Positions 9,310-17,973 of a stretch of 46,757 bases of DNA are shown here, in pieces. The DNA is from a virus (Duplodnaviria > Caudoviricetes), in IMG/VR virus record IMGVR_UViG_3300017700_000896, positions 1 through 46,757 of that record. One strand, given 5' to 3'. Each line of letters opens with the position of its first letter. Within the stretch, counting starts at the first letter, position 1. The notes beneath the pieces were generated by a model that saw only the letters and a program-made list of their open reading frames with translations, did not search any database and was not told the DNA's origin. Made by a program: the position numbers and the translations under genes.

Positions 9310-11505
9310 TTAAAATCGCTCTTTTGCTAGGCTTTCAAAGTCCGCAGGAGAGCCGCCATTTTTGATGTAAACGATGACGTTTTTCTTGCCGATTTTCCAT
9401 CGCCCATCAGCCATATTCGGATTGCGATAAACAGAATATCCGCAGCGCCCGATCGCCATCGATAACTTTGCGCGCGCCTCATTTGGCTTCATTCCAGCGG
9501 TTTCGGCGATGTCCACGATCCAATCGGCCCGGATCAAGTCCGTCGCCCCAAGCTCGTCGATCGCGTCAATAAGCCACGCATCCGACCCCATGCCGGCAGC
9601 TACCACCGTCCGGTGGGCTTCGGTCTTCCGTTGGCCAGTCGCGGGCTTGAAGGCGCTTATATCGCGCTCGTGGAGCCATGCGGCGATGTGCCGATTGCCG
9701 CCCTCGTTGAACCATCCCCAAAGCTCTTCGAAGTAAGCCCCGCGCACGTCGTCCTCTTCCAGCCTCATCTCTGTCAATGTTGCGCTCTCGATCACGTCAT
9801 ATCGGCGATCGCCGGGCGGGATGAAGATCCCGGACGCCAAGTGATTCGTCGTCATGATCACGCCGCAATACATCTTCACGGTGTACTTCTGGCCATACTT
9901 CGGGTTGATCGTCTGGTTGTCCGGGTTTCCGGCGATCAGCACTTTTGTTTGCTCGTTGAACGCCCACTTGCTCATCTCTGCGAGGTTCGATGTTTCGCTG
10001 ACGCGGACCAATGTTGCGGCGTAGAACTCGTTGAAGTTGCTCTCGAAGGCTTCCGGCGCAATGTTCGCGAAGTTCCACTGGCCGATGGCCGGACCGCACA
10101 TGTCGATGCACGTGTCTTTGCCGGTCCCTTGCTGGCCTGCCAAGAGCAGCGCGAATCTGGGCTTCTCCCATGGCTTTTGGACGCGGTGGGCCATGTAATC
10201 TAGGAATTGATCTGCGTCGCTCTTTTGCCCTTCCATCTTCTTGTTGAAGACCATGCGCACGTGGGTCAGAAATGGGCCAGCAAGGCGCGCGTCCCCCAGC
10301 TCGATAGTAGGCCTGCGGTAGTTGTTGAAGACCGCGCCTCCGGCCACCTCGATCAGCTCGCCGTCCCGGCAATCCTTGCCCGGTATGAAGTCATCCTCCA
10401 ATTGCGGGTTCGAGGTCAGCGATGTACAAAGCTGCGTGAGCTTCAGATGCGCCGTCGCCGCGTAGATCACGCCGTCGATGTTGACCGGCGATACAGCGGC
10501 GTCCACCGCTGGCCCTTGCCAGTAGCTCGCGGTTGGCCGATAGATGAAATTGTTGCCCGGCCCGTAGTAAACAAAATGGCCCATCGGGACTTCACCTGCC
10601 TGCGGAGCCCAACCGCCCTCCATCGCATGCCGCACAATGGTGCCAATCGTGAGTTTTGTTTCCGCCTCTTGCTGAGATAGATCGTAAAAAGCTTCTCGCA
10701 TGATGTCTTCATGGTTGCGCCCTTTCTTTCCCTTGTATGTTTCGGACCACGTGAAATAGGCATCCCACGCGGCGTCAGCGAGCTTGAATTCACGGCCAAG
10801 GATCACGCCGATATGCCGCCACAGATCCCGATCGTCTGCCGGGATGAACTCCAACATCTTCTTCACCTGCTCGATCGAATACTTCGAGCGGTGCATGTCG
10901 TCCTTCTTCTTGCGCCCGCGTCGCTCCTTCGGCCTGCTCAGGTGTGGCGGAAGCGGGGCAAGGCTGGCCGCTTCGTCTTCCCATGAGTAAACCCCACCAG
11001 AGCGGTGGAGCGATGGCGCGGCGACGATATAGCCGCCGTCATTGCGAACGTCCACGCCCGGCCCAAGAACGTTTGCCGCCGTCTTCAGCGCGCTGTTGTA
11101 CACGTACAACATATGCATGCCGCCCGATCCGGTTTCGGAGTTGAGTGTTGGGAACTCGCCATTTTGCGAGACGATCTCTGCCCACGTCTCAGCGCCCGCC
11201 TTGCCCGGTCCGGTGTCGATGTCGAGCACCGTGATGCCGGAGATCATGCCCGTTACGATGCCGATGTTGCTGGACTCTGCGTCCGGTCCAAACCACTTTT
11301 CGATCGTGGCGAGATCCTTGGAGGCTTCCTTCAGGCCGCGCGCGTTTCGCGGATGCTTCCCGGCGTCCGTGCAATTGATCGTGCCGCACGTGCACTGAAG
11401 CTTTCCCTCCGACTCGATAACCGAATGCAGCGGGAAGACGGCCCACCCGCGCGCGATGTAACGGCGCGCCGCTTCGAGCACGGCGCTTTGGAATTCTTGT
11501 GTCAT
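9310..11505 (-). CDS. Bifunctional primase-polymerase + PriCT-2 + SF3/D5-like helicase
   Basis: GWAVFPL, GKHP, NIGIVTG, VLDID, TGSGGMH, DVRNDGGYIVAAPSLH; Walker A GQQGTGKD; TTNH..DRRY. Confidence 0.92.
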   Translation of the reverse strand: MTQEFQSAVLEAARRYIARGWAVFPLHSVIESEGKLQCTCGTINCTDAGKHPRNARGLKEASKDLATIEKWFGPDAESSNIGIVTGMISGITVLDIDTGPGKAGAETWAEIVSQNGEFPTLNSETGSGGMHMLYVYNSALKTAANVLGPGVDVRNDGGYIVAAPSLHRSGGVYSWEDEAASLAPLPPHLSRPKERRGRKKKDDMHRSKYSIEQVKKMLEFIPADDRDLWRHIGVILGREFKLADAAWDAYFTWSETYKGKKGRNHEDIMREAFYDLSQQEAETKLTIGTIVRHAMEGGWAPQAGEVPMGHFVYYGPGNNFIYRPTASYWQGPAVDAAVSPVNIDGVIYAATAHLKLTQLCTSLTSNPQLEDDFIPGKDCRDGELIEVAGGAVFNNYRRPTIELGDARLAGPFLTHVRMVFNKKMEGQKSDADQFLDYMAHRVQKPWEKPRFALLLAGQQGTGKDTCIDMCGPAIGQWNFANIAPEAFESNFNEFYAATLVRVSETSNLAEMSKWAFNEQTKVLIAGNPDNQTINPKYGQKYTVKMYCGVIMTTNHLASGIFIPPGDRRYDVIESATLTEMRLEEDDVRGAYFEELWGWFNEGGNRHIAAWLHERDISAFKPATGQRKTEAHRTVVAAGMGSDAWLIDAIDELGATDLIRADWIVDIAETAGMKPNEARAKLSMAIGRCGYSVYRNPNMADGRWKIGKKNVIVYIKNGGSPADFESLAKERF

Positions 11506-11675
11506 GTAACCCGCTCCCAGATCTTGTCGAGTGTTTCAGCTTGCTTCGGGCTGAGCGATTTTCCTTCAGCGATCTGGTTGCTGATGGAGTCGATAAATGT
11601 TCGCTCCCAATCGGTGAGCTTGGACTCGCGGGTTTCGCAGTCCTGAATCATCTGCTCATGCTCGCCGCTGCTCAT
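11502..11675 (-). CDS. Small conserved phage protein (57 aa, not in ORF track)
   Basis: MSSGEHEQMIQDCETRESKLTDWERTFIDSI...LSPKQAETLDKIWERVT; ATGA overlaps at both ends. Confidence 0.8.
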   Translation of the reverse strand: MSSGEHEQMIQDCETRESKLTDWERTFIDSISNQIAEGKSLSPKQAETLDKIWERVT

Positions 11676-11920
11676 TGCGTCGCTCCGATCTTCTTCACCG
11701 TGATCTCATACGCTGGAGCGCCGTTCTCCGTGACGACGAGCATGCTGGTGTCTTCCAGCACCACCTTGTCCACGACGGCCTTGAGGCAGTCGCTGGTAAC
11801 GTCCTTGGTGACGCCGACGAAGCGATTGCCAGCTGGATCCGGAACGCCAAGAAAGATCCGCCCCGTCAGCGCTGCGGTTGCGATGCGCGCCTTGTCGGCG
11901 TCGATATATTTGAATGCCAT
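11672..11920 (-). CDS. Hypothetical phage protein
   Basis: Start MAFKY at 11920 after AGGGG; packs tightly between neighbours. Confidence 0.7.
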   Translation of the reverse strand: MAFKYIDADKARIATAALTGRIFLGVPDPAGNRFVGVTKDVTSDCLKAVVDKVVLEDTSMLVVTENGAPAYEITVKKIGATQ

Positions 11921-11921
11921 T

Positions 11922-12305
11922 TCAAGCCCCCTTAGCAGCGGCCTGAACCCGGTCAATGCGCTCCATCTCAGCGATGAGCAGCGCAGCAGCCACCTTGCAT
12001 TGGTCACGGCGCGCGCGCAGCTTCATTGCGCCTTCGAACGGCCAGAGCTTTGGATCGTTGGCGAGAACGGCCATTGCTGCCGTGTGGAGCTGACCTTCTT
12101 TGAGTTTGTCGTCTTCTTCGCTCGTGTGGCGCTTTTCGTTTTGGCGATTGCGCTCAGCATGCACGTGGGTGAACGCTTGCGGCCCAAGGAAAACCGTGAA
12201 GGCGGCTGCATTCTTTTCGTCGTTGGACGGCCCGGCGAATTCGATGATGCTGCCTTCGGAGCTTTTTGTTTTGACCTTGCAGGTCGGCATATAAGTTTTT
12301 GGCAT
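11922..12305 (-). CDS. Conserved phage protein (ERxRQ...WP...ALLIAExERxDR helical domain)
   Basis: AERNRQ..EEDD..GQL..AA..LWPF..AAALLIAEMERIDR pattern common in phage accessory proteins. Confidence 0.7.
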   Translation of the reverse strand: MPKTYMPTCKVKTKSSEGSIIEFAGPSNDEKNAAAFTVFLGPQAFTHVHAERNRQNEKRHTSEEDDKLKEGQLHTAAMAVLANDPKLWPFEGAMKLRARRDQCKVAAALLIAEMERIDRVQAAAKGA

Positions 12306-12318
12306 GATTATTCCAATC

Positions 12319-12351
12319 AAAAAAAGAGGGACCAGATTGCTCCGGTCCCTC
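12319..12351 (-). terminator. Rho-independent terminator after the SSB-like gene
   Basis: GAGGGACCGG-AGCAAT-CTGGTCCCTC followed by T7 on the minus strand. Confidence 0.88.
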
Positions 12352-12400
12352 GAACTATGGAGCCTGCGAAAGCCCCAACAATTTCAGCTCAGGACGCGGA

Positions 12401-13345
12401 TCAGAAGCCCTTGCCGTCCCCGTCGCCGCCTTCGTCACCACCCGCGCCAACGTTGGCGTCAGGCTGAACGACGTTGACTTTGCCGGCCTGGATCTGGGCG
12501 TGAAGTTCTTTCGCCGCGTTGTAGATCTCGGCAACCTTCACGGGACCGTTGGCGTCCACGGTGATGCCATGCCATTGGCCTTGGTCGTTGCTTTCCTTCA
12601 CGGTGCCGATCGTGTACATGTGGCTGAACGACGCCGGGTTGTAGAGCTGGCCCGCGCCGTTGCGGAGCTGCACGCCAAGGATCATCGAGATCCATTTTTT
12701 CGACTTCTTGATTTGCGTCGATGCGAGCGGGAAGAGCGCAGGGAAGAAGGTGCCGTCAGGCTTGATCGCGAGCACGTAATGGCTGCGCGTATCTTTCAGC
12801 GCGTTGTGCTCGTCCTTGGCTTGCAGAACGGGCAACGGCTTCGCGCCTTCCGGAGCGACGAAGTAAGCGCTGACGGAATCCGCCGCCTTGTAGCCGACTT
12901 CGCCGTTTTCGACGGCCATCGGCATGTGCTCGCCCTTGTAGCCCCCGCCCTTCTTCCGTGGAGCCCATTCGACGAAGCGCCGCTGGAACGACACCGGCAC
13001 CAGAACGATCTTTTCGAACAGCTCGCCGGTCACGGAGTTCATGATCAAGCCCGCTTTCGCGCCGGGCACCGTCTCGTCCACGACGGCTGGCGAGTTGGAT
13101 TGGAGCACCACGAGGAACGGGATGGCTTGCGAGTCCTTGTCCACGCCTTCGGTGCCCATGCCTGCGTCGCCGGAGAAGTCCAGCTCAGCGACCGCGACGG
13201 CGTTGGCATTCGCGGTTTGCGTCGCCACTTCGTTCTTGTCGGAAGGCGGCTTGGTTGTGGACTTCGCGGATCCGCCCGAAGAGGCTTCCTTGCCCGCTGC
13301 CATCATCAAGACGGCCATGCCGATGAGAGAGTTGTGAAATTTCAT
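12401..13345 (-). CDS. Putative single-stranded DNA-binding/annealing protein
   Basis: IPFLVVLQSNSP, GAKAG, FVEWAPRKKGGG, STQIKKSKKW, N.QGQW; acidic Gly-rich tail ending in F. Confidence 0.65.
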   Translation of the reverse strand: MKFHNSLIGMAVLMMAAGKEASSGGSAKSTTKPPSDKNEVATQTANANAVAVAELDFSGDAGMGTEGVDKDSQAIPFLVVLQSNSPAVVDETVPGAKAGLIMNSVTGELFEKIVLVPVSFQRRFVEWAPRKKGGGYKGEHMPMAVENGEVGYKAADSVSAYFVAPEGAKPLPVLQAKDEHNALKDTRSHYVLAIKPDGTFFPALFPLASTQIKKSKKWISMILGVQLRNGAGQLYNPASFSHMYTIGTVKESNDQGQWHGITVDANGPVKVAEIYNAAKELHAQIQAGKVNVVQPDANVGAGGDEGGDGDGKGF

Positions 13346-13372
13346 AATGTTTCCTAGTTACAGTTTAGTTTT

Positions 13373-13436
13373 AGATCTCCGAAGAGATCCGGTTGGTTTA
13401 ACGTCCGCCTTTCGGGCAGACGACTTGCCTTGCGGC
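13373..13436 (-). other. Three tandem tetraloop hairpins in the leader of the SSB-like gene
   Basis: mRNA sense GCC-GCAA-GGC; CGUCUGC(C)C-GAAA-GGCGGACG; GGAUCUC-UUCG-GAGAUCU. Confidence 0.65.
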
Positions 13437-13445
13437 TTGTTGGGG

Positions 13446-14003
13446 TTACTTTTTCTGCTTGACCTTGGCGGTCATCACGGGACGCGCGCCGAACATCTCC
13501 AGCGACAACGGCGTTTGTCCGGCTTCGATCTCTTCCGGCGTGTAGTCGTCGGCGATCTTCGGGTTGGCCAGGCGCTCTTTCAAGAACGCCTTCAACGTCT
13601 GCGCGTGAACGTCGCGCGAGAGCGTCGCATTGGTGACGCCGATCGACGCGAGCTTGTCGATGAGTTCGTGCGCTTCTTCCAGCGCGCCCTTGCCGAACTC
13701 CACCGCGACTTCGGTCTTGATCAGGCCGCCATAGCCGTTGGTTTCGAGCCACGCCCAAGCGCGCTCTTTTGCGTGAGCTGGAACGCTCGCATAGACTTCC
13801 TGCTTCACCGTGATTTCGTTGCCGTCCAGCAGCGTCATCTTTTCGACGCCGATCTCTTGCATCATGCCGGGCAGCGTCTCTTCACGCATCACCCGCTCTT
13901 TTTCCTTCGCAACCTTCAGTGCGTTTTCCGCGTCTTCGGTTGCCTTTTCGGCCTCGATCAGTTTCTTGGCCGCTGCGGTGAGTTCTTCGAGTGGGATGCT
14001 CAT
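13446..14003 (-). CDS. Conserved replication-module protein
   Basis: REETLPGMMQEIG..L.DG, AWAWLETNGYGGLIK, VHAQTLKAFLKE; family usually next to this SSB type; AGGA RBS. Confidence 0.75.
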   Translation of the reverse strand: MSIPLEELTAAAKKLIEAEKATEDAENALKVAKEKERVMREETLPGMMQEIGVEKMTLLDGNEITVKQEVYASVPAHAKERAWAWLETNGYGGLIKTEVAVEFGKGALEEAHELIDKLASIGVTNATLSRDVHAQTLKAFLKERLANPKIADDYTPEEIEAGQTPLSLEMFGARPVMTAKVKQKK

Positions 14004-14248
14004 TTCAATGTTTCCTGTTTAAGTTGAGTTGTGGAGGCGATTGGCTCTCCGTTTTTGATCCACCTGCATCCTGCACACCTTGGATCAGTCGGGCGCAGAT
14101 CGTAACGGCAATCCTTGCTGTTAACGTTTGGAATCTCTTTGAAGCCGATGGCGAAGGACGGCGGCTGTCCGAAGACGGGCTTTGCTGGCACAAGCGTTTT
14201 CACTTCGATCGTATCCCGAAGTGGCGCGCGATTCCAGCAACCGTACAT
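14000..14248 (-). CDS. Small Cys-containing phage protein
   Basis: YGCWNR...CRYD...DPRCAGCRW; ATGA overlap. Confidence 0.7.
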   Translation of the reverse strand: MYGCWNRAPLRDTIEVKTLVPAKPVFGQPPSFAIGFKEIPNVNSKDCRYDLRPTDPRCAGCRWIKNGEPIASTTQLKQETLK

Positions 14249-14425
14249 TCAAATCACCTTCACGTCGGTTGGATGATACGGGACGGAGAACTTGCGGCCA
14301 TCGATGCGCACGTTTAAGTAATGCGTCGCGCTCGTTATTCTTCCGAAGAGCGAGCCGGGCAGCGAAACGCGATCGCCGCGCTTCACGCTCAACCCGTATG
14401 TCTTGTTGACGTATTCGAAACTCAT
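14249..14425 (-). CDS. Small conserved phage protein (58 aa)
   Basis: MSFEYVNKTYGLSVKRGDRV...YHPT; ATG 14425 overlaps upstream stop. Confidence 0.7.
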   Translation of the reverse strand: MSFEYVNKTYGLSVKRGDRVSLPGSLFGRITSATHYLNVRIDGRKFSVPYHPTDVKVI

Positions 14426-14760
14426 ACGTTCAACACCACGCGGGTATAGCGCGCCAAGTTCCGGTCCCAGCGCAAGATCGCGAAGCGCTCGTGGTGCTTC
14501 GCGAGAATGCCGACGCTCGCGGCGATGATAGAGCTGTCGCCCAGCAACAACAACGAGTCGCCGTCCACATAGGAATACTTCGAGAGCTTTTCGCTCAGTT
14601 GCCTCACCAAGTCGCTCGTCGCCTGAAAGGCGGACTGCGCTGGCATCATCACGTTCAACTCGCCATGCTCGATCGCCGGATTCAAGTTGAACGCAGGGAC
14701 AAGAGTCTGCGTCTCTTTGTCCCTGCGATGAGGCAGTTGTGTTACATATACTTTCGGCAT
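14422..14760 (-). CDS. Conserved hypothetical phage protein, first gene of the leftward replication operon
   Basis: MPKVYVTQ, PAIEHGEL, DSLLLLGD, LRWDR; GGAG RBS. Confidence 0.75.
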   Translation of the reverse strand: MPKVYVTQLPHRRDKETQTLVPAFNLNPAIEHGELNVMMPAQSAFQATSDLVRQLSEKLSKYSYVDGDSLLLLGDSSIIAASVGILAKHHERFAILRWDRNLARYTRVVLNV

Positions 14761-14813
14761 TCGCCGCTCCGTTCATTGAAGTTGAGATCTTGAGTAAATC
14801 CGCAAGAGCCTCG

Positions 14814-14843
14814 ATTCTGCCTCCAAAAAACTGGACTCGGCAA
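14814..14843 (-). promoter_or_regulatory. Leftward sigma70-type promoter
   Basis: TTGCCG-N18-CAGAAT, back-to-back with the rightward promoter. Confidence 0.65.
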
Positions 14844-14862
14844 ATTTATTTTTGTTGCGCAC

Positions 14863-14891
14863 TTGCCGACAACCAAAATGTGGAGCAGAAT
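14863..14891 (+). promoter_or_regulatory. Rightward sigma70-type promoter
   Basis: TTGCCG-N17-CAGAAT; shares AAAATGTGGAGCA with the promoter at 17896. Confidence 0.72.
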
Positions 14892-14937
14892 CGCGCTGCG
14901 GTACGTTTTGACCGCTTCAACTTAATGAGGATCAGTC

Positions 14938-15459
14938 ATGCGCAAACTTTTATCCCTTGAGGATCTCCAATCGATCCGCGACGACTCCAAGAGCATCGCA
15001 CCCGTTTACATCTGCCCGATCTGCAAGACCTCTTACAAGAGCGAAGCCACCGCCTTGAAATGCGCGACGCGCAACGACATGCTCAAGCCGATCGCCGCTG
15101 TTGGCGAGATCGTTTGCATGGAGATCGGCTATGGCTGGACGGACGGCGAGCCTGCATGGTTGATCGACAACAAGGGCTACAAATTCCACGACAAGCACAC
15201 GCTTCGCTTTTGGTTTGTCGTCACCGCGATCACGCAGCGGATCTCTCACGAGCGCGACGAGATCGCCGACGTTGGCCGCCACTGCATCATCTACCACGTT
15301 CAAACGCTCGCCGTGAAGAACGGCCATCCGGTCGGCAAAAGCGGTTGGACGCAACCAGACGGCCACTACGGCTTCAAGAAGATCGACATTCAGCCGCCGC
15401 CCGAAGTCGTGGAGCAATCCAAGGCGCTCATCGGGCAAGTTTTCGACCACTTACTTTAA
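14938..15459 (+). CDS. Hypothetical protein with CxxC
   Basis: 173-aa ORF, GAGG RBS, YICPICKTSY. Confidence 0.75.
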   Translation: MRKLLSLEDLQSIRDDSKSIAPVYICPICKTSYKSEATALKCATRNDMLKPIAAVGEIVCMEIGYGWTDGEPAWLIDNKGYKFHDKHTLRFWFVVTAITQRISHERDEIADVGRHCIIYHVQTLAVKNGHPVGKSGWTQPDGHYGFKKIDIQPPPEVVEQSKALIGQVFDHLL

Positions 15460-15468
15460 GGATCCATC

Positions 15469-16359
15469 GTGAAAATACTAGGTGCCGGGATCTCCGGCCT
15501 CATCGCTGCCAGCGTCTTCCCGCAGGCCGAAGTTTATGAAGCTTCGCCGCGCGAGAAGATGGTTGGCCACAAGGCGCTGTTGCGCTTCCGCTCCACAGCC
15601 GTCGCCGACGCGGTGGGCATCGACTTCCGCAAAGTTGTTGTGCATAAAGGCTTGTGGTCTGAAGGGCGCTACGTGCAGCCGTCGATCCTGCACGCCAACC
15701 GCTATTCCAAGAAGGTCGTCGGCAAGCTCGCCGATCGGAGCGTGTGGAGCCTCAACCCGGTTGAACGGTTCATCGCGCCTGAAGACTTCATCGAGCAACT
15801 GATGACGCGCGCGGGCGATCGGATCCAGTGGGGAACGTCCGTGGATCTAGGCAAGGAGAAAATGATTGGCCCGTTGATCAGCACGATCCCGATGAACGTC
15901 ATGGCCGCAATGATGCGCACGGAGTCGCCTTCCTTCGACTACGCTGAAATCACCGTCAAGCGCTGGCGCATCAAGGGCGCGGACATCTTCCAATCGGTGT
16001 ACGTGAGCGACCCGTTGACGACTTGCTATCGCGTCAGCATCACCGGCGATCTGCTGATTGCGGAATGGATCGGCGCGACGACGGACAACTTCAACGTGTT
16101 CGCGCCATTCGGCTTGATCTACACCGACGCGGAAGAGATGGAGACGACGAAGCAGCGTTATGGGAAGATCTCGCCCATCGACGATCGCTGGCGCAAGGGC
16201 TTTATTCTCGCGCTTTCGAATCACCACGACATTTACTCGCTGGGCCGCTTCGGGACGTGGCGCAACATATTGCTGGACGACGTTGTTCACGACATCGCCG
16301 TGATCAAGCGCCTCATCAACGAAGACGCCTATGGCCGTTCACGCCACAGCGCCAAATGA
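15469..16359 (+). CDS. FAD/NAD(P)-binding oxidoreductase (PB1-like phage type)
   Basis: Rossmann ILGAGISGL, HKALLRFRS, C-terminal SLGRFGTWRNILLDDVV. Confidence 0.85.
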   Translation: MKILGAGISGLIAASVFPQAEVYEASPREKMVGHKALLRFRSTAVADAVGIDFRKVVVHKGLWSEGRYVQPSILHANRYSKKVVGKLADRSVWSLNPVERFIAPEDFIEQLMTRAGDRIQWGTSVDLGKEKMIGPLISTIPMNVMAAMMRTESPSFDYAEITVKRWRIKGADIFQSVYVSDPLTTCYRVSITGDLLIAEWIGATTDNFNVFAPFGLIYTDAEEMETTKQRYGKISPIDDRWRKGFILALSNHHDIYSLGRFGTWRNILLDDVVHDIAVIKRLINEDAYGRSRHSAK

Positions 16360-16619
16360 TCACGCTCGCGCTTGAGCCCGAAGATGAGCTGGCAGTGTTG
16401 CAGGCGGAAACGCTCGCGACTGCCATCAAGAATCAAGCGCGCCTCATCGAATCGGAGCCGTGGACATTCGACGCGATGAGCATCCAAGCCGTTGTTGAGC
16501 GGAAAGCTGTTCGCAACGTGATGACGTGGCGCAAGTCGTGGAAGCTAAACGGATCCCGAATTGGCCACAATGCCCTCATGGGCAAACTTCGCAAAATGCG
16601 CGAGAGCGCTTCAACTTAA
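16356..16619 (+). CDS. Hypothetical protein (87 aa)
   Basis: MITLALEPEDE..., ATGA coupling to the flavoprotein gene. Confidence 0.65.
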   Translation: MITLALEPEDELAVLQAETLATAIKNQARLIESEPWTFDAMSIQAVVERKAVRNVMTWRKSWKLNGSRIGHNALMGKLRKMRESAST

Positions 16620-16631
16620 CTGGAGAACGAC

Positions 16632-17081
16632 ATGGAAGATTTCAACGTTACAAACGATCGCGGCAATGGCAATTTCGACATTAAGCCTTGCAAGCAAACA
16701 GGACACGCTTACCACCAGCGCGAAGACGACTTGCGCCATTGCGCTCAATGCGGTGGCGCAGAAGCTTCAATGCCGACAATGTGTCCAGGCCGCATGATGA
16801 CCGAGTTGGAGCAACATGACGTTCAACACGGCACGCTGGACTTCTCTCGCGGACCCGGCATCAAGCCCCAGTGGTGGGTGACGAAGGATCGCATGGACGA
16901 AGAGCTTGCCTATCATCGCGCGCAAGACGGCTTGCTGGAGAAGGCCCAAAAGGAGGCCAAGGCGTTGCGCGAAGAGCTGGAAGAAGTGAAGCGTCCGCTC
17001 GATCAACAAATGGCGCGCTTGAACCAGCGCCTAATCGAAGCGAATCAGGAAATTCTCGATCTCAAAAGGAGCTTGCCATGA
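16632..17081 (+). CDS. Hypothetical protein, Cys cluster + coiled coil
   Basis: CAQCGGAEASMPTMCPG; GGAG RBS. Confidence 0.75.
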   Translation: MEDFNVTNDRGNGNFDIKPCKQTGHAYHQREDDLRHCAQCGGAEASMPTMCPGRMMTELEQHDVQHGTLDFSRGPGIKPQWWVTKDRMDEELAYHRAQDGLLEKAQKEAKALREELEEVKRPLDQQMARLNQRLIEANQEILDLKRSLP

Positions 17082-17677
17082 AACTCATCACCACGACAAT
17101 CGCCGCTGCGCTTATCGCCGTTCTTGCAGCGCTCTTCGTTTACAACTCGCCCGCCTGCGCGCAACCGTCGATGGCCGCGCGCCTTTCCCCGGACGCCGCC
17201 ACCGCGCTAGTGAAGGACGATCTGGAAACCTACATTGACGGCGGGCAGGCGTCGATCGGTTGGCGAATGAGCGTTGTGGAAGCGCGAAAGCTCCACGAAG
17301 CGTATGAAGCGAACGAGGTTGCTGCCGACCGGAAATATTCCACGGCTGACATCATCATCTCTGGCACCATTGCATCGATCGACAAGACGATTGGGGATCG
17401 CCCAGCCGTGCGGCTTATCGCCCGTGGCCCTTACATCGGCCCAACCGCCTTCGTAACGCCCAGCCATGAGCCATTCCTGGCCACCTTGGCCAAGGGGCAG
17501 CGCGTCTCTTTCGGTTGCAAGCGGATCCGGCGCATCTTGGGCGGTGTCGCGCTGTACGATTGTGAGCCGATCGCAAGTTATATTGAGCGCATGTCGAAGG
17601 GCTTTGTTCAGCAGATCCCGACTCTCGCACGACAAGGCGACTCGACGGCGAAACTTCTCCAGCAGCGCATGCAATGA
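17078..17677 (+). CDS. Exported/membrane-anchored OB-fold protein (tRNA_anti-like)
   Basis: Signal/TM MKLITTTIAAALIAVLAALF; YEANEVAADRKY...ISGTIASI, LAKGQRV.F.C. Confidence 0.75.
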   Translation: MKLITTTIAAALIAVLAALFVYNSPACAQPSMAARLSPDAATALVKDDLETYIDGGQASIGWRMSVVEARKLHEAYEANEVAADRKYSTADIIISGTIASIDKTIGDRPAVRLIARGPYIGPTAFVTPSHEPFLATLAKGQRVSFGCKRIRRILGGVALYDCEPIASYIERMSKGFVQQIPTLARQGDSTAKLLQQRMQ

Positions 17678-17871
17678 TCCGGTTCAAGGACGTGATGGCG
17701 CTTCTCGACTCCCTATCGCTGGGCATCGACCTTTACCGGCCCAGACGCGCCCGGCGTCGCTACAACCCGATGGCGCGGACCAACGCTCAAGCCGCCGCGA
17801 AGAGAGGCTTGCGGGCGAAGATCGACGCCGTTGAGAAGAGCTTTGTGGCCGATTGGTGGCGGAATCACTGA
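17674..17871 (+). CDS. Hypothetical basic protein
   Basis: 65-aa ORF, ATGA overlap. Confidence 0.55.
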   Translation: MIRFKDVMALLDSLSLGIDLYRPRRARRRYNPMARTNAQAAAKRGLRAKIDAVEKSFVADWWRNH

Positions 17872-17895
17872 GCTGTTCCGCATTTAAAAATAAAT

Positions 17896-17924
17896 TTGCC
17901 TTTTTCAAAAATGTGGAGCATAAT
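17896..17924 (+). promoter_or_regulatory. Sigma70-type promoter with A/T-rich UP-like element
   Basis: TTTAAAAATAAAT-TTGCCT-N17-CATAAT. Confidence 0.78.
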
Positions 17925-17973
17925 GTCGTTACTGTTCGATTTTGAACAGGTTTCAACTTAAAGGAATTTGCAA

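Noticed and set aside
13280-13345. Signal peptide on the SSB-like protein (MKFHNSLIGMAVLMMAAG)
   Set aside because: Hydrophobic stretch is short and the rest looks like a cytoplasmic DNA-binding protein
13354-13758. -1 frameshift at G AAA AAG adding a QPDLF clamp-like tail to the 13446-14003 protein
   Set aside because: Imperfect slippery site; nearest hairpin is 12 nt away and weak; the peptide is explained by the RNA hairpins. Not fully excluded
15469-16359. UDP-galactopyranose mutase / surface-glycan gene
   Set aside because: Only generic FAD motifs are shared; shorter protein and no glycosyltransferase in the genome
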